Assembly (NCBI RefSeq): GCF_030148435.1
Contig: NZ_JASBTN010000003.1
Location: 12,794 to 76,793, forward strand
Source: Aliiroseovarius sp.
GTDB lineage: Bacteria; Pseudomonadota; Alphaproteobacteria; Rhodobacterales; Rhodobacteraceae
Direction of reading: 5' to 3'
Length of the DNA: 64,000 nt
Numbering within the stretch: the first letter of the stretch is position 1; the number at the start of each line of letters is the position of its first letter. Below are positions 31,418 through 40,486 of this stretch, piece after piece. Below the pieces are notes generated by a model that was not told where the DNA came from, ran no database searches, and saw only the letters and a list, made by a program, of their open reading frames with translations. The position numbers and the translations under genes are program-made.

Positions 31418-34201
31418 ATGAATTTCGCCAGCCGCATCACCCGCACGCCGATCCCCTTCGACACCGATCAGGGCGCTGACATCGCCGCCGCCTTTGCGGA
31501 CCTGCCGCCCGAGCTGGTCGCGGTTCTTGAAGGCACCGCCGGCTGCAGCCCCTATCTGAAGGGGCTGATGGAACAGGAACCGGACTGGCTGCGCGAGGCG
31601 CTTTCCGGCACCCCCGAAGACGCGTTCAAATCCGCCATGCGGGTCGAGGGCGACACCGACAGCGCCCTGCGGACCTCGCTGCGCATCGCCAAGCGCCGGA
31701 TCGCGTTGCTCACCGGCCTGGCCGATGTGGCCGGGGTCTGGGGGCTGGAGCAGGTAACAGGCGCGCTGACCGATTTCGCGGACCACGCCACCGACACCGC
31801 GATGAAATTCCAGGTCGGGCAGGAAATCCGCCGCAAGAAACTGCCCGGCGCCACCGTAGACGATATTGCGACAGCGGGCGGCATGGTTGCGCTGGCCATG
31901 GGTAAGATGGGCGGGCATGAGCTCAACTACAGCTCCGACATCGACCTGATCATGCTGTTCGACGACAGCCGGTTTTCCGATGACGATTACCACGAGGCCC
32001 GCGCCAGCCACATCCGCGCGACCCGGCGCATGTCGGCGATGCTGTCCGAACTGACCGCCGACGGCTACGTGTTTCGCACCGACCTGCGCCTGCGCCCCGA
32101 CCCCGCCGTGACCCCGGTCTGCGTGGCCATGGAAGCGGCCGAGCGCTATTACGAAAGCCTGGGCCGCACCTGGGAACGTGCCGCCCATATCAAGGCGCGC
32201 CCCTGCGGCGGCGACATCGCGGCAGGCGAGGCCTATCTGAAACGCCTCAGCCCCTTCATCTGGCGCAAGCATCTCGACTTTGCCGCGATCCAGGACGCCC
32301 ATGACATCCGCCTGCGCATCCGCAGCCACAAGGGGCTGCATGGCGACATTACCCTGCCCGGCCATGACATGAAGCTCGGCCGCGGCGGCATTCGCGAGAT
32401 CGAGTTCTTCACCCAGACCCGCCAGATCATCGCGGGCGGGCGCGACCCGGAGCTCAGATCGAACCAGACCGTGCCCGGGCTGGCCACGCTGGCCGCCAAG
32501 GGCTGGGTGCCCGAACAGGCCGCCGAGGTGCTGATCCGCCATTACCGGTTCCACCGCGAAGTCGAACACCGGGTGCAGCAGTTCCGGGACGCCCAGACCC
32601 ACAAGCTGCCCACCACGGACGACGAGTTCCGCCGTCTGGCCTGCATGATGGCCGAAGGTGATCCCGAAACGTTGAAAACCCGCATCCACAGCGCGCTGTC
32701 GGAGGTTCATGACGTGACCGAAGGCTTCTTCGCGCCGGATGCCTCGACAAAACAGGCCCCCAGCCTCGGCGAAGATGCCGAAGAGGTCATTACCCGCTGG
32801 AAAAGCTACCCGGCGCTGCGCTCGGCCCGGGCTGTCGAGATCTTCGACCGTCTGAAACCCGAGCTCCTGACCCGCCTCTCCGAGGCCGCGCGGCCCCATG
32901 ATGCGCTGATCCAGTTTGACGGGTTTCTCAAGGGGCTGCCGGCGGGGGTGCAGCTGTTTTCGCTGTTCGACGCCAACCCGCAGCTTGTCGACCTGATCGT
33001 CGACATTGCCGCCACGGCCCCGGCGCTGGCCACCTATCTGGGCCGCAACTCGCAGGTGCTGGACGCGGTGATCGGCGGTGGGTTCTTCGCCGACTGGCCC
33101 GGCGAGGCGGCGCTTGAGGCCGAACTGACCCACCGGCTGGAGGCTGCCGGCGATTACGAGGCGCAGCTCGACACCGCGCGGCGCTGGATGAAGGAATGGC
33201 ACTTCCGCGTTGGCGTGCATTTCCTGCGCGGGCTGACCCATGCGCGCGAAGCCTCGGCACAATATTCAGACCTTGCCCGCGCGGTGGTGGCCGCGCTGTG
33301 GCCCTGCGTTGCGGTGAATTTCGCCCGCAAACACGGGCCGCAGCCCGGGCGTGGCGCGGCGGTTCTGGGCATGGGGTCGATGGGGGCGGGGACACTGTCG
33401 GCGACCTCGGACCTCGACCTCATCGTGGTTTACGACCCGGATGGCCAGGACATGTCCGATGGCCGCCGCCCGCTGGCGACACGGCCCTATTACGCCCGTC
33501 TGACCCAGGCCTTCGTCACCGCGCTGACCGCGCCGATGTCCGAGGGCAGGCTCTACGAGGTCGACATGCGCCTGCGCCCCTCGGGCCGGCAGGGACCGGT
33601 GGCGACCTCGATCGACAGTTTCACCGCCTATCAGCGTGACGAGGCCTGGACCTGGGAACACCTCGCGCTCACCCGCGCGCGCGCCGTGGCGGGCAACCCG
33701 GAGCTGGGCGCGGAACTGGAAACCTTCCGCCTCGACCTCTTGTCGCGGCCCCGTGACGCCGCCAAGGTGGTTCAGGACGTCATCGACATGCGCGCGCGCA
33801 TTGCCGGGGCAAAGGGGGCAGGGGGCGCCCTGGAGGCAAAGCTCGGCCCCGGCCACCTTCAGGATGTCGAACTGGTGGCCCAGGCGGCCGCGCTGCTGGC
33901 CCCCGAAACCCCGCGCCTGCCGGCCGATCAGATTGCCCAGGGTGTCGCAATTGGCTGGTTCGACGCCGCAGAAGCCGAAGCCCTTGCCGCCTCACATGAT
34001 CTGATGTGGCGCATGCAGGCCACGGCCAAGCTCCTGACCGACGGGCCGCTCGACCTGGAGCAAGTCGGGCGTGGCGGGCTGGAGCTGGTGCTGCGCGAAA
34101 CCGGCGTTGACGGCGAGGCGGCCCTGGTCGCGGAAATCCAGGCCCGCGGGCGCGCGGCCGAAGCGGCGATCGAGGCGGTGCTGGCCCGCCCGCCGGTCTG
34201 A
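31418..34201 (+). CDS. glnE: bifunctional glutamine synthetase adenylyltransferase/adenylyl-removing enzyme
   Basis: 927 aa with two nucleotidyltransferase modules (GKMGGHELNYSSDIDL and GMGSMGAGTLSATSDLDL). Confidence 0.95.
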   Translation: MNFASRITRTPIPFDTDQGADIAAAFADLPPELVAVLEGTAGCSPYLKGLMEQEPDWLREALSGTPEDAFKSAMRVEGDTDSALRTSLRIAKRRIALLTGLADVAGVWGLEQVTGALTDFADHATDTAMKFQVGQEIRRKKLPGATVDDIATAGGMVALAMGKMGGHELNYSSDIDLIMLFDDSRFSDDDYHEARASHIRATRRMSAMLSELTADGYVFRTDLRLRPDPAVTPVCVAMEAAERYYESLGRTWERAAHIKARPCGGDIAAGEAYLKRLSPFIWRKHLDFAAIQDAHDIRLRIRSHKGLHGDITLPGHDMKLGRGGIREIEFFTQTRQIIAGGRDPELRSNQTVPGLATLAAKGWVPEQAAEVLIRHYRFHREVEHRVQQFRDAQTHKLPTTDDEFRRLACMMAEGDPETLKTRIHSALSEVHDVTEGFFAPDASTKQAPSLGEDAEEVITRWKSYPALRSARAVEIFDRLKPELLTRLSEAARPHDALIQFDGFLKGLPAGVQLFSLFDANPQLVDLIVDIAATAPALATYLGRNSQVLDAVIGGGFFADWPGEAALEAELTHRLEAAGDYEAQLDTARRWMKEWHFRVGVHFLRGLTHAREASAQYSDLARAVVAALWPCVAVNFARKHGPQPGRGAAVLGMGSMGAGTLSATSDLDLIVVYDPDGQDMSDGRRPLATRPYYARLTQAFVTALTAPMSEGRLYEVDMRLRPSGRQGPVATSIDSFTAYQRDEAWTWEHLALTRARAVAGNPELGAELETFRLDLLSRPRDAAKVVQDVIDMRARIAGAKGAGGALEAKLGPGHLQDVELVAQAAALLAPETPRLPADQIAQGVAIGWFDAAEAEALAASHDLMWRMQATAKLLTDGPLDLEQVGRGGLELVLRETGVDGEAALVAEIQARGRAAEAAIEAVLARPPV

Positions 34202-34242
34202 ACGGGCGGCCCGAAGGGGCCGGTGAAAAAGGGAGGAGCGCC

Positions 34243-34539
34243 ATGGCGCGCGGCGTGGGAACACCGGAAGGGATCGACCGTTTCGATCCGCGCGGGCTGA
34301 TCCGTGAAAGCTACAACATTGCCGGGATCCACCCGGGCGAATGCCGGTCGATCTTTCTCGACTGGGCGCTGTTCGACGAGGTGACGTTCTCTCAGAAGGA
34401 ACGGCTCCAGGCGCTCCTGGACCATTACGGCCCGCTGCACCCCGACCACCCGATGACCGACCTGCTGCGCGAAGGGCTGGCCGAACAGGACATCCCGCGC
34501 AAACGCCGCGGCGGACGGGCAGGGCGCACTGGGGTCTGA
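34243..34539 (+). CDS. conserved-looking hypothetical protein
   Basis: 98 aa with a strong SD (AGGGAGGAG) and coding-like GC3. I recognise no family. Confidence 0.6.
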   Translation: MARGVGTPEGIDRFDPRGLIRESYNIAGIHPGECRSIFLDWALFDEVTFSQKERLQALLDHYGPLHPDHPMTDLLREGLAEQDIPRKRRGGRAGRTGV

Positions 34540-34607
34540 ACTCGGGCAGACAGCCCGCCACATCGCGCCTGTTCCGCCGGATGGACCGGGGCGAGCCTGT
34601 CGCAACA

Positions 34608-34690
34608 CCTTTTTATCTTGCCGGAAATATCCTCGCCGAAGGCAAGAAAACGCCGCGCAGCGGCTCCCGCGCCCGACGGGGCGCGCGCAG
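34608..34690 (+). repeat. intergenic mosaic repeat, copy 2
   Basis: CCTTTTTATCTTGCCGGAAATATCC... shares its head with 45319 (CCTTTTCATCTTTCAGAAAATATCC). Its tail ..GAAGGCAAGAAAACGCCGCGCAGCGG..GCGCCCGAC matches the reverse complement of 39329..39385. Confidence 0.5.
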
Positions 34691-34696
34691 GTCCGC

Positions 34697-35920
34697 TCAG
34701 AACGCCTCCTTCGGGCGCAGCATCAGCCAGATCAGCGCAGCTCCCGCCAGTGCCAGGAAGGGGATCATCGCCAGGTTCACCGCGTTCCAGCCTTCCACCG
34801 CATTGCCGCCCGAACAGTTCATCAGCCCGCCCGATGCCAGCGAGGCCACGGTCACGCAGCCAAAGACGATCATGTCGTTGAGCCCCTGGACCCGCCCGCG
34901 CTCTTCCGGGCTGTGGGCCGAGGCCAGCATCGTGGTCGCGCCGATGAAACCGAAGTTCCAGCCCAGCCCCAGCAGGATCAGCGCGACGAAGAAATTCCCA
35001 AGCTCCACCCCCTGCAGCGCCACCACTCCCGCGGCGGCCAGGATCGACAGGCCGGTGGCGACGATCGCCCGGGTTCCGAACCGCGCGATCAGGTGTCCGG
35101 TAAAGAAGCTGGGGGCGAACATCGCCAGCACATGGGCGGTGACGATATTGCCCGCCATGTCCTGTTCATAGCCGCAGCCCACCACCGCCAGCGGGGTCGA
35201 GGTCATGACCAGGTTCATCAGCGCGTAGGAGACCATGGCGCAGATGATCGCCACCGCGATCACCGGATCGCGCAGCATCTCCCTGCGCGTGCGTCCCCGG
35301 GGCGCGTCGGGTTCCGGCGCGGCGGGTTTGGGGATGTCCAGAAACAGAAACAGGGCCGAGCCCGCCACATTGATCACGATCACCGTCAGATAGGCGCCCA
35401 GAAAGGGCACGACGGTGGCCTCGTTCGTGGCGTTGACCAGTTGCGGGCCGATCACCGCCGAGGCCAGCCCCCCCGCCATCACATAGGAGATCGCCTTGGG
35501 GCGGAACGCCGGGCTGGCCGTATCCGCCGCGGCGAACCGGTAGAAGCCCTGCGCCGACATGTAGATCCCGGTCAGGAACGAGCCGATCAGGAACAGCGTG
35601 AAATTCGACTGCATCAGCGCGTAGGCGCAGATCATCGCGCCCAGCGTCCCGCCCCCGGTGCCGACAAAGAACCCGACCCGCCGGCCGAACCGCTGCATTA
35701 CCGCGCTCATCGGCGTGGCCCAGATCATCGACCCCATCACGATCATCGAGATCGGCAGGGTCGCGAAACAGACATTTGACGCCAGCGACTGCCCCGCCAG
35801 CCCGCCGATGGTAAAGATCATCGGCATCTGGCTGCCCAGGATCGCCTGGGCCAAAACCAGAATGGTCACGTTGCGCCAGGCCTTCTGGCCGACAGCGGGG
35901 GGCATGGTAATATCGCTCAT
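34697..35920 (-). CDS. MFS transporter
   Basis: About 12 predicted TM segments and an MFS loop motif (QRFGRR). Start tentatively set to the ATG at 35920. Confidence 0.8.
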   Translation of the reverse strand: MSDITMPPAVGQKAWRNVTILVLAQAILGSQMPMIFTIGGLAGQSLASNVCFATLPISMIVMGSMIWATPMSAVMQRFGRRVGFFVGTGGGTLGAMICAYALMQSNFTLFLIGSFLTGIYMSAQGFYRFAAADTASPAFRPKAISYVMAGGLASAVIGPQLVNATNEATVVPFLGAYLTVIVINVAGSALFLFLDIPKPAAPEPDAPRGRTRREMLRDPVIAVAIICAMVSYALMNLVMTSTPLAVVGCGYEQDMAGNIVTAHVLAMFAPSFFTGHLIARFGTRAIVATGLSILAAAGVVALQGVELGNFFVALILLGLGWNFGFIGATTMLASAHSPEERGRVQGLNDMIVFGCVTVASLASGGLMNCSGGNAVEGWNAVNLAMIPFLALAGAALIWLMLRPKEAF

Positions 35921-36117
35921 GCTGAATGCGTATAGCGGGGCGGGGCGATTTGAAAGGGGCAAATTCCCGCGCGAACGGGTCGGAAACCGAGCGTGAAGGA
36001 CCGGTCTCATCATCCGGTGGCGTCGTTCACGCTGATCCGGTCACAGGTCGTCAGGATTTCGCGCCACCTGATACCCGTTTCCCGCGCGAACGGATCGGGG
36101 TTTTCGGAAATTCCGGG

Positions 36118-36981
36118 CTACCTCTCCTCGGCAGGCCGCCCGCGCCCCAGCGGATCGGGATTGCGCGGCACTTCGCCTGCCGCCATCGATTGCCAGTCCA
36201 GCGCCTGGCGCAGAAGCGCCGCGCGGCCCACGCAGATCATCGCCGGAGGCTGCATGCCCGAGGCTTCCACGTCGGCGACGCAAGCCCCCAGGCTTGTCTC
36301 CAGCACCTCCTGGTCCGGCCCGGTCGCGTTGGTGACAAGCGCCACCGGTTCATCGGCGCTGCGACCGGCCGCCATCAGAGCGGCAGAAATCCTGTCGAGG
36401 TGCTTCATGCCCATGTAGATCACGATCACCTGGCTGCCCTTCGCGATCGCCTCCCAGTCGACCGGCGGGGTCTCGCCGCGCTGGTCATGGCCGGTGACGA
36501 AGGTCACGGCCTGGTTGACGTCGCGGTGGGTGACGGGAATGCCCGCATAGGCCAGCCCGCCGATCCCGGCCGAAATGCCGGGAATGATGCGAATCGGAAC
36601 GCCATGCTGGACCAGCGTCTGGCCTTCCTCGCCGCCGCGCCCGAACACGAACGGGTCGCCGCCCTTCAGCCGCAGCACACGTTTGCCCTCGCGCGCCAGA
36701 TCCACCAGTTTCAGCGAGATATCCTTCTGCCGGGCCGAGGGCTTGCCGCCGCGCTTGCCCGCATGAATGAGCCGCGCCCCGGGGTTGGCCATCGCCAGAA
36801 TGCCCCCGGACACCAGCGCGTCGTGCACGACCACATCGGCCTGGGCCATCGCGTTCAGCGCATGCAGCGTCAGAAGGCCGGGATCGCCCGGGCCGGCGCC
36901 GCAGAACCAGACCCAGCCGGGTTGCATTTCGGGCCAGTCGCCCTCGGGAAATTTCGGCAGAGAAGTCGGTGTCCTGGTCAT
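36118..36981 (-). CDS. cobA: uroporphyrinogen-III C-methyltransferase
   Basis: VWFCGAGPGDPGLLTLHA...GGDPFVFGRGGEE are typical SUMT motifs. Confidence 0.9.
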   Translation of the reverse strand: MTRTPTSLPKFPEGDWPEMQPGWVWFCGAGPGDPGLLTLHALNAMAQADVVVHDALVSGGILAMANPGARLIHAGKRGGKPSARQKDISLKLVDLAREGKRVLRLKGGDPFVFGRGGEEGQTLVQHGVPIRIIPGISAGIGGLAYAGIPVTHRDVNQAVTFVTGHDQRGETPPVDWEAIAKGSQVIVIYMGMKHLDRISAALMAAGRSADEPVALVTNATGPDQEVLETSLGACVADVEASGMQPPAMICVGRAALLRQALDWQSMAAGEVPRNPDPLGRGRPAEER

Positions 36982-37055
36982 CTGCCTGTTATGGCGCGAA
37001 GTGGGGGCAGGGGGAAGCGCTTTCCCTTGCCTTTTCGGCCCGCTAGGGTCCGATC

Positions 37056-37685
37056 ATGACGCGGGCGATCATTGAAACCCAGGCCGACGTGGACCGCGCG
37101 GCGCATTGGCTCGCCGGGGCCGAGCCGCGCTTTGCCGCCGCGCTTGCCCTGACCGGCCCCTTGCCGCTGCGCCGTAAGCCGCAGGGCTTCGTCACGCTTC
37201 TTGATGCGATCATCAGCCAGCAGGTCTCCACCGCCTCCGCCGCGGCGATCCGGGCGCGGATGCAGATGGCGGGGCTCTGCGACGAAGCGGCGCTTCGCAG
37301 GGCCGGTGACGAAGAGTTGCGCGCGGTGGGGCTGTCGCGCCCCAAGATGCGCTATGCGCGGGCCCTGGCCGGGGCCCGGCTGGACTACGCAGGGCTGGCC
37401 GGGTTGCCCGATGCGCAGCTGCTCGCCACTCTCACCTGCATCACCGGCATCGGCCTCTGGACCGCCGAGGTCTACGCGCTGCAGGCGCTCGGCCGGGCCG
37501 ATGTCTTTCCGGCCGGTGACGTGGCGCTGCAGGAAAGCGCGCGCCGCCTGTTCGACCTGCCCGAACGTCCCGGCGAAACCGCATTGCGCCGCCTCGCCGC
37601 CGGCTGGGCCCCGCAAAGGGCCGTTGCGGCCCGGCTGCTCTGGGCCTATTACCGGGTCAGCACAGCCAGGGAAGGGATCCGCTGA
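37056..37685 (+). CDS. DNA-3-methyladenine glycosylase II-like (HhH-GPD)
   Basis: HhH motif LTCITGIGLWTAEVY and a downstream catalytic Asp (AGDVAL). Confidence 0.85.
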   Translation: MTRAIIETQADVDRAAHWLAGAEPRFAAALALTGPLPLRRKPQGFVTLLDAIISQQVSTASAAAIRARMQMAGLCDEAALRRAGDEELRAVGLSRPKMRYARALAGARLDYAGLAGLPDAQLLATLTCITGIGLWTAEVYALQALGRADVFPAGDVALQESARRLFDLPERPGETALRRLAAGWAPQRAVAARLLWAYYRVSTAREGIR

Positions 37686-38368
37686 TGACAACGCGCACAC
37701 TCGAATTCAAACACCGCGCCGCCCAGTCGGGCGAGACGAAATCGGTGGTCATCTTCCTGCACGGCTACGGCGCGGACGGGGCCGACCTGCTGGGCCTTGC
37801 CGATCCGCTGGGGCAACATCTGCCCGACACCGCGTTCTACGCCCCCGATGCGCCGGAAAAGAGCCTGGGCAACCCGATGGGCTACCAGTGGTTTCCGATC
37901 CCCTGGCTCGACGGCTCCTCGGAAGAGGACGCCGCGCGCGGCGCCGAAATGGCCGAGGCCGACATCAACGGTTTCATCGACATGGTGCTGGAAAACGAGG
38001 GCATCTCGCCCGCGCAGCTGATCATCTTCGGCTTCTCGCAGGGCACGATGATGTCCCTGCGCACCCTGCCCAAGCGTGCCGAACCGGTGGCCGGTCTGGT
38101 CGCCTTCTCGGGCCGCATGCTGGACCCGGAAAGCTTTGGCGAGACCGTTGTGTCGAAACTGCCGATCATCCTGATCCACGGCGACGCCGACGACATGGTG
38201 CCGATCGCCCATTTCGACGAGGCGGGCCAGGCGCTGCAGGCCGCGGGTTTCGAGGTCTACGGCCACATTCAGAAGGGCACCGGCCACGGCATCGCCAATG
38301 ACGGGCTGTCCGTCGCGCTGAGCTTCATGCTGGACAAGCTGGGCCTTCTGGAGACCCAGCCGCAGTAA
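37685..38368 (+). CDS. alpha/beta hydrolase (phospholipase/carboxylesterase family)
   Basis: Nucleophile elbow GFSQG, then HGDADDMVP and a GHG(I) motif. The start overlaps the upstream stop by one nucleotide. Confidence 0.85.
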   Translation: MTTRTLEFKHRAAQSGETKSVVIFLHGYGADGADLLGLADPLGQHLPDTAFYAPDAPEKSLGNPMGYQWFPIPWLDGSSEEDAARGAEMAEADINGFIDMVLENEGISPAQLIIFGFSQGTMMSLRTLPKRAEPVAGLVAFSGRMLDPESFGETVVSKLPIILIHGDADDMVPIAHFDEAGQALQAAGFEVYGHIQKGTGHGIANDGLSVALSFMLDKLGLLETQPQ

Positions 38369-38423
38369 GCTGGGCCTGATCGAGGCGCAACCCCGGTAAG
38401 CCAGCTCCCAGACCCAACCAGAC

Positions 38424-38448
38424 AGCCCGGCCTTTGCGCCGGGCTTTT
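38424..38448 (+). terminator. rho-independent terminator
   Basis: AGCCCGGC-ctttgc-GCCGGGCT followed by TTT. Confidence 0.65.
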
Positions 38449-38611
38449 GCCGTTCGTCACACACCCGTCAGCTTCGCGCCGTATCACATCTCCGAGCGCC
38501 CCAGATCGTGGGGGTTGCCAGATGCCTCACGCCATATATAGTCAAGGTTGAGGCAAGACGGGGCGGGTTCCCCGCCCTGACGGCAAGAGCAGGGCGAGGA
38601 CGGCTGCACCC

Positions 38612-39196
38612 ATGGACGGAGATTTCAGAACCGAATTCACACGCAACCCCGCCGGGATACGCAAGCATCCCGCGCTGGTGCTCAATGCGGATTTCAGGCC
38701 CTTGTCCTATTATCCGCTGTCGGTCTGGCCCTGGCAGGAGGCGGTCAAGGCGGCGGTTCTGGACCGGGTCCATATCATCGCCGAATATGACGAGTTGGTG
38801 CGAAGTCCTTCGATTGAAATGAGAATTCCCTCTGTCATCGTCCTGAAAGACTATGTCAAACCGCAAAAGCGCGTGGCTTTCACGCGTTTCAATCTTTTCC
38901 TGCGCGACGAATTCTGCTGCCAGTATTGCGGCTCGCGCGGCGATCTGACCTTCGATCACGTGGTGCCGCGCGCGGCGGGTGGCGTGACCAGCTGGGAAAA
39001 CGTGGTGGCGGCCTGTTCGCCCTGCAACCTCAGGAAGGGCTCGAAACCGCTGCGCAAGACCGGGCTTGCGCTCAGAAAACCGCCCCGCCAACCCACGGCA
39101 GAGGAGCTGCGCAACATGGGCCGCAAGTTCCCTCCGGGGCATCTGCATGACAGCTGGATGGATTTCCTCTATTGGGATGCCGAACTGGAGGCTTGA
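38612..39196 (+). CDS. HNH endonuclease family protein
   Basis: CQYCGSRGDLTFDHVVPRAAGG...NVVAACSPCNLRKG is an H-N-H motif with two CxxC pairs. Confidence 0.85.
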   Translation: MDGDFRTEFTRNPAGIRKHPALVLNADFRPLSYYPLSVWPWQEAVKAAVLDRVHIIAEYDELVRSPSIEMRIPSVIVLKDYVKPQKRVAFTRFNLFLRDEFCCQYCGSRGDLTFDHVVPRAAGGVTSWENVVAACSPCNLRKGSKPLRKTGLALRKPPRQPTAEELRNMGRKFPPGHLHDSWMDFLYWDAELEA

Positions 39197-39218
39197 TCAC
39201 CATGGGAAGCTGCGGGGT

Positions 39219-39400
39219 GGCGCCCGACCCTGGGTGGGCGCGTGGGAACCGGGACGTAGGGCGACAGGATTGCCCCACCCGAACCAGCATTTCTGTTTGA
39301 AACGTCGCAAAAGCGCCCTCCCTTGGGGAGGGTCGGGCGCCGCCCCGCTGCGCGGTGCGTAAGTGTCTTCTTCGCCTTCGCTCGAAGGGCGTTGCGCCAT
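39219..39400. repeat. intergenic mosaic repeat, copy 3 (includes 13-bp perfect inverted repeats)
   Basis: GGCGCCCGACCCT (39219..39231) is the exact reverse complement of AGGGTCGGGCGCC (39329..39341). The region contains the CCCTCCC/GGGAGGG hairpin at 39316..39332. Its tail is homologous to copy 2. Confidence 0.5.
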
Positions 39401-39463
39401 CGATTATCGCTTGACCCGCCCCGCAAATTCCCCTGACCTGAGCAAAACACCCAGGGAGCGCCC

Positions 39464-40411
39464 ATGTCCGACCCGTTCTTCACCCCCGTTTCCGGTTTCG
39501 ACCTGCCGCGTTTTGCCGGTGTCCCGACCTTCATGCGCCTGCCGCTGGTCGATTTCGATCATCCGCGTTTCGGCGAGGTGAATATCGGCCTGATCGGCGC
39601 GCCCTGGGATGGCGGCACCACCAACCGGCCCGGGCCGCGCCACGGGCCCCGGCAGCTCAGGGACATGTCCACCATGATCCGCGCCCAGAACGGTGCCACC
39701 GGTGTGCGCCCCTTCGAGGCGGCCAATTGCGCCGACCTTGGCGACGTCGGGCCGAACCCGGCCGATGTGCTCGATTCGCTGGAACGCATGCAGGCCTTCT
39801 ATGGCCGCGTGAAACGGGCCGGGATCCGGCCCCTGACCGGGGGCGGAGATCACCTCTGTTCGCTGCCGATCCTGCGCGCGCTGGCCCAGGACGGGCCGGT
39901 CGGCATGGTGCATTTCGACAGCCACACGGACCTGTTTCACAGCTATTTCGACGGCACCATGTTCACCCATGGCACCCCGTTCCGCCGTGCGGTCGAAGAG
40001 GGGCTTCTGGACCCGGCCCGCGTGGTGCAGATCGGCATTCGGGGCACCGCCTATGACAGCGAGGACCGCGACTTTGCCGAAAGCGAGGGCATCCGCGTCA
40101 TCGCGATCGAGGAGTTTCATACCCGTGGTGTCGCCGACGTCATGGCCGAGGCCCGCGATATCGTCGGGCAGGGCGGGACCTATGTCAGCTATGACATTGA
40201 CTTCGTCGATCCCGCTTTTGCGCCGGGCACGGGAACGCCCGAAGTGGGCGGGCCGACCTCGTGGCAGGCGATTCAGGTGGTACGCGAGTTGAAAGGCGTG
40301 AACATCATCGGCGCCGATCTGGTCGAGGTCTCCCCGCCGTTCGATCCGACCGGGGCGACCGCCTATCTGGGCGCCTCGATCATGTTCGAACTGCTCTGCG
40401 TGATGGTTTAA
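39464..40411 (+). CDS. agmatinase-like ureohydrolase (possibly guanidino-acid hydrolase)
   Basis: N-terminus VPTFMRLP, and Mn-binding motifs GGDH, DSHTD and DIDFVDP. It is the second arginase-family paralogue in the window. Confidence 0.85.
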   Translation: MSDPFFTPVSGFDLPRFAGVPTFMRLPLVDFDHPRFGEVNIGLIGAPWDGGTTNRPGPRHGPRQLRDMSTMIRAQNGATGVRPFEAANCADLGDVGPNPADVLDSLERMQAFYGRVKRAGIRPLTGGGDHLCSLPILRALAQDGPVGMVHFDSHTDLFHSYFDGTMFTHGTPFRRAVEEGLLDPARVVQIGIRGTAYDSEDRDFAESEGIRVIAIEEFHTRGVADVMAEARDIVGQGGTYVSYDIDFVDPAFAPGTGTPEVGGPTSWQAIQVVRELKGVNIIGADLVEVSPPFDPTGATAYLGASIMFELLCVMV

Positions 40412-40486
40412 ATACTTTAAGATTGACCCTTAGAGCCCTTTAAAGACGTTAAACTTTGCCTGTTGCGGCGGTGAAGCCTTTAACAT

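Noticed and set aside
30923-33262. N-terminal roughly 780 aa of the 936-aa minus-strand ORF 30452..33262
   Set aside because: It is antisense to glnE and the NTF2-like gene. Only the last 156 codons (30452..30922) form a recognisable YbaK-like protein with its own ATG.
38612-39196. HNH endonuclease as a marker of a mobile intron, phage or defence island
   Set aside because: It is a single gene flanked by housekeeping-type genes. GC content is normal, and there are no partner genes (methylase, terminase, Cas, abortive-infection components). It looks like the stand-alone HNH protein that I recall being common in alphaproteobacterial cores.
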